From: Saccostrea echinata
Lineage: Eukaryota
Length of the DNA: 64,000 bases
Direction of reading: 5' to 3'
Assembly: GCF_033153115.1 (NCBI RefSeq)
Contig: NW_026889833.1
Coordinates: 806,001 to 870,000, forward strand
Within the stretch, counting starts at the first letter, position 1; the number at the start of each line of letters is the position of its first letter. The position numbers were made by a program, and so were the translations under genes. Positions 63,704-64,000 of this stretch are shown one piece after another. Below the pieces are notes generated by a model, which did not search any database, was not told the origin of the DNA, and was given only the letters and a program-made list of their open reading frames with translations.

Positions 63704-64000
63704 TGGAATTTTTTAATGAATGCAAGCGTCTGTCGCTTTTCAATCTAATTACAATTAGATCTTTCACGTTTCCGTCTTCTGGTATCACGCTTGGTCTAAT
63801 TTTAAAACGATTCTTCATTTTTAATTTTGAAGATTTGTCAAAAAACTTAAATTTTTTATTAATATTACTTAATAATGAAAGATATAGCATAAAATATGGG
63901 TCCCAAAATGCAAACTTAAAAGCCTAAACACATAACATGAAAATTTTGCATAGGAATTCCTGGAATGAAGTAATCATTTTGTTTTACTTGCATCAACCAG

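Overview
AT-rich, intron-containing eukaryotic DNA with one 140-N assembly gap. The gene families and repeat types point to a bivalve mollusc, probably an oyster (inference). Host genes built by hand from splice sites: (1) a Gly/Tyr-rich secreted protein, shematrin-like, 7271-7597 (-); (2) two convergent five-exon TIMP paralogs, 12817-26595 (+) and 31018-36595 (-), which the ORF track shows only as fragments; (3) a three-exon family-B-like (Methuselah/adhesion-like) GPCR nested antisense in the 11-kb second intron of the first TIMP; (4) a single-exon RING-less B-box/coiled-coil/NHL (TRIM-like) gene; (5) the 5' exons of a Ly6/uPAR-like secreted protein at the right edge. The rest is mostly mobile DNA: about 10 Penelope-like RT fragments sharing a conserved 3' stem-loop, a hammerhead-ribozyme/retrozyme-like insert, SINEs, Helitron-type satellite elements, Tc1/mariner, IS3EU-like and 5-bp-TSD hAT-like MITEs, and a decayed ISL2EU-type two-gene transposon. 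The most unusual unit is at about 51300-60600: a nearly intact spliced hAT-like DDE transposase fused to a Spindlin/Tudor-like domain, followed 23 nt later by an SGNH-hydrolase-like ORF and then repeat arrays. All family assignments come from motif recognition, not database searches.
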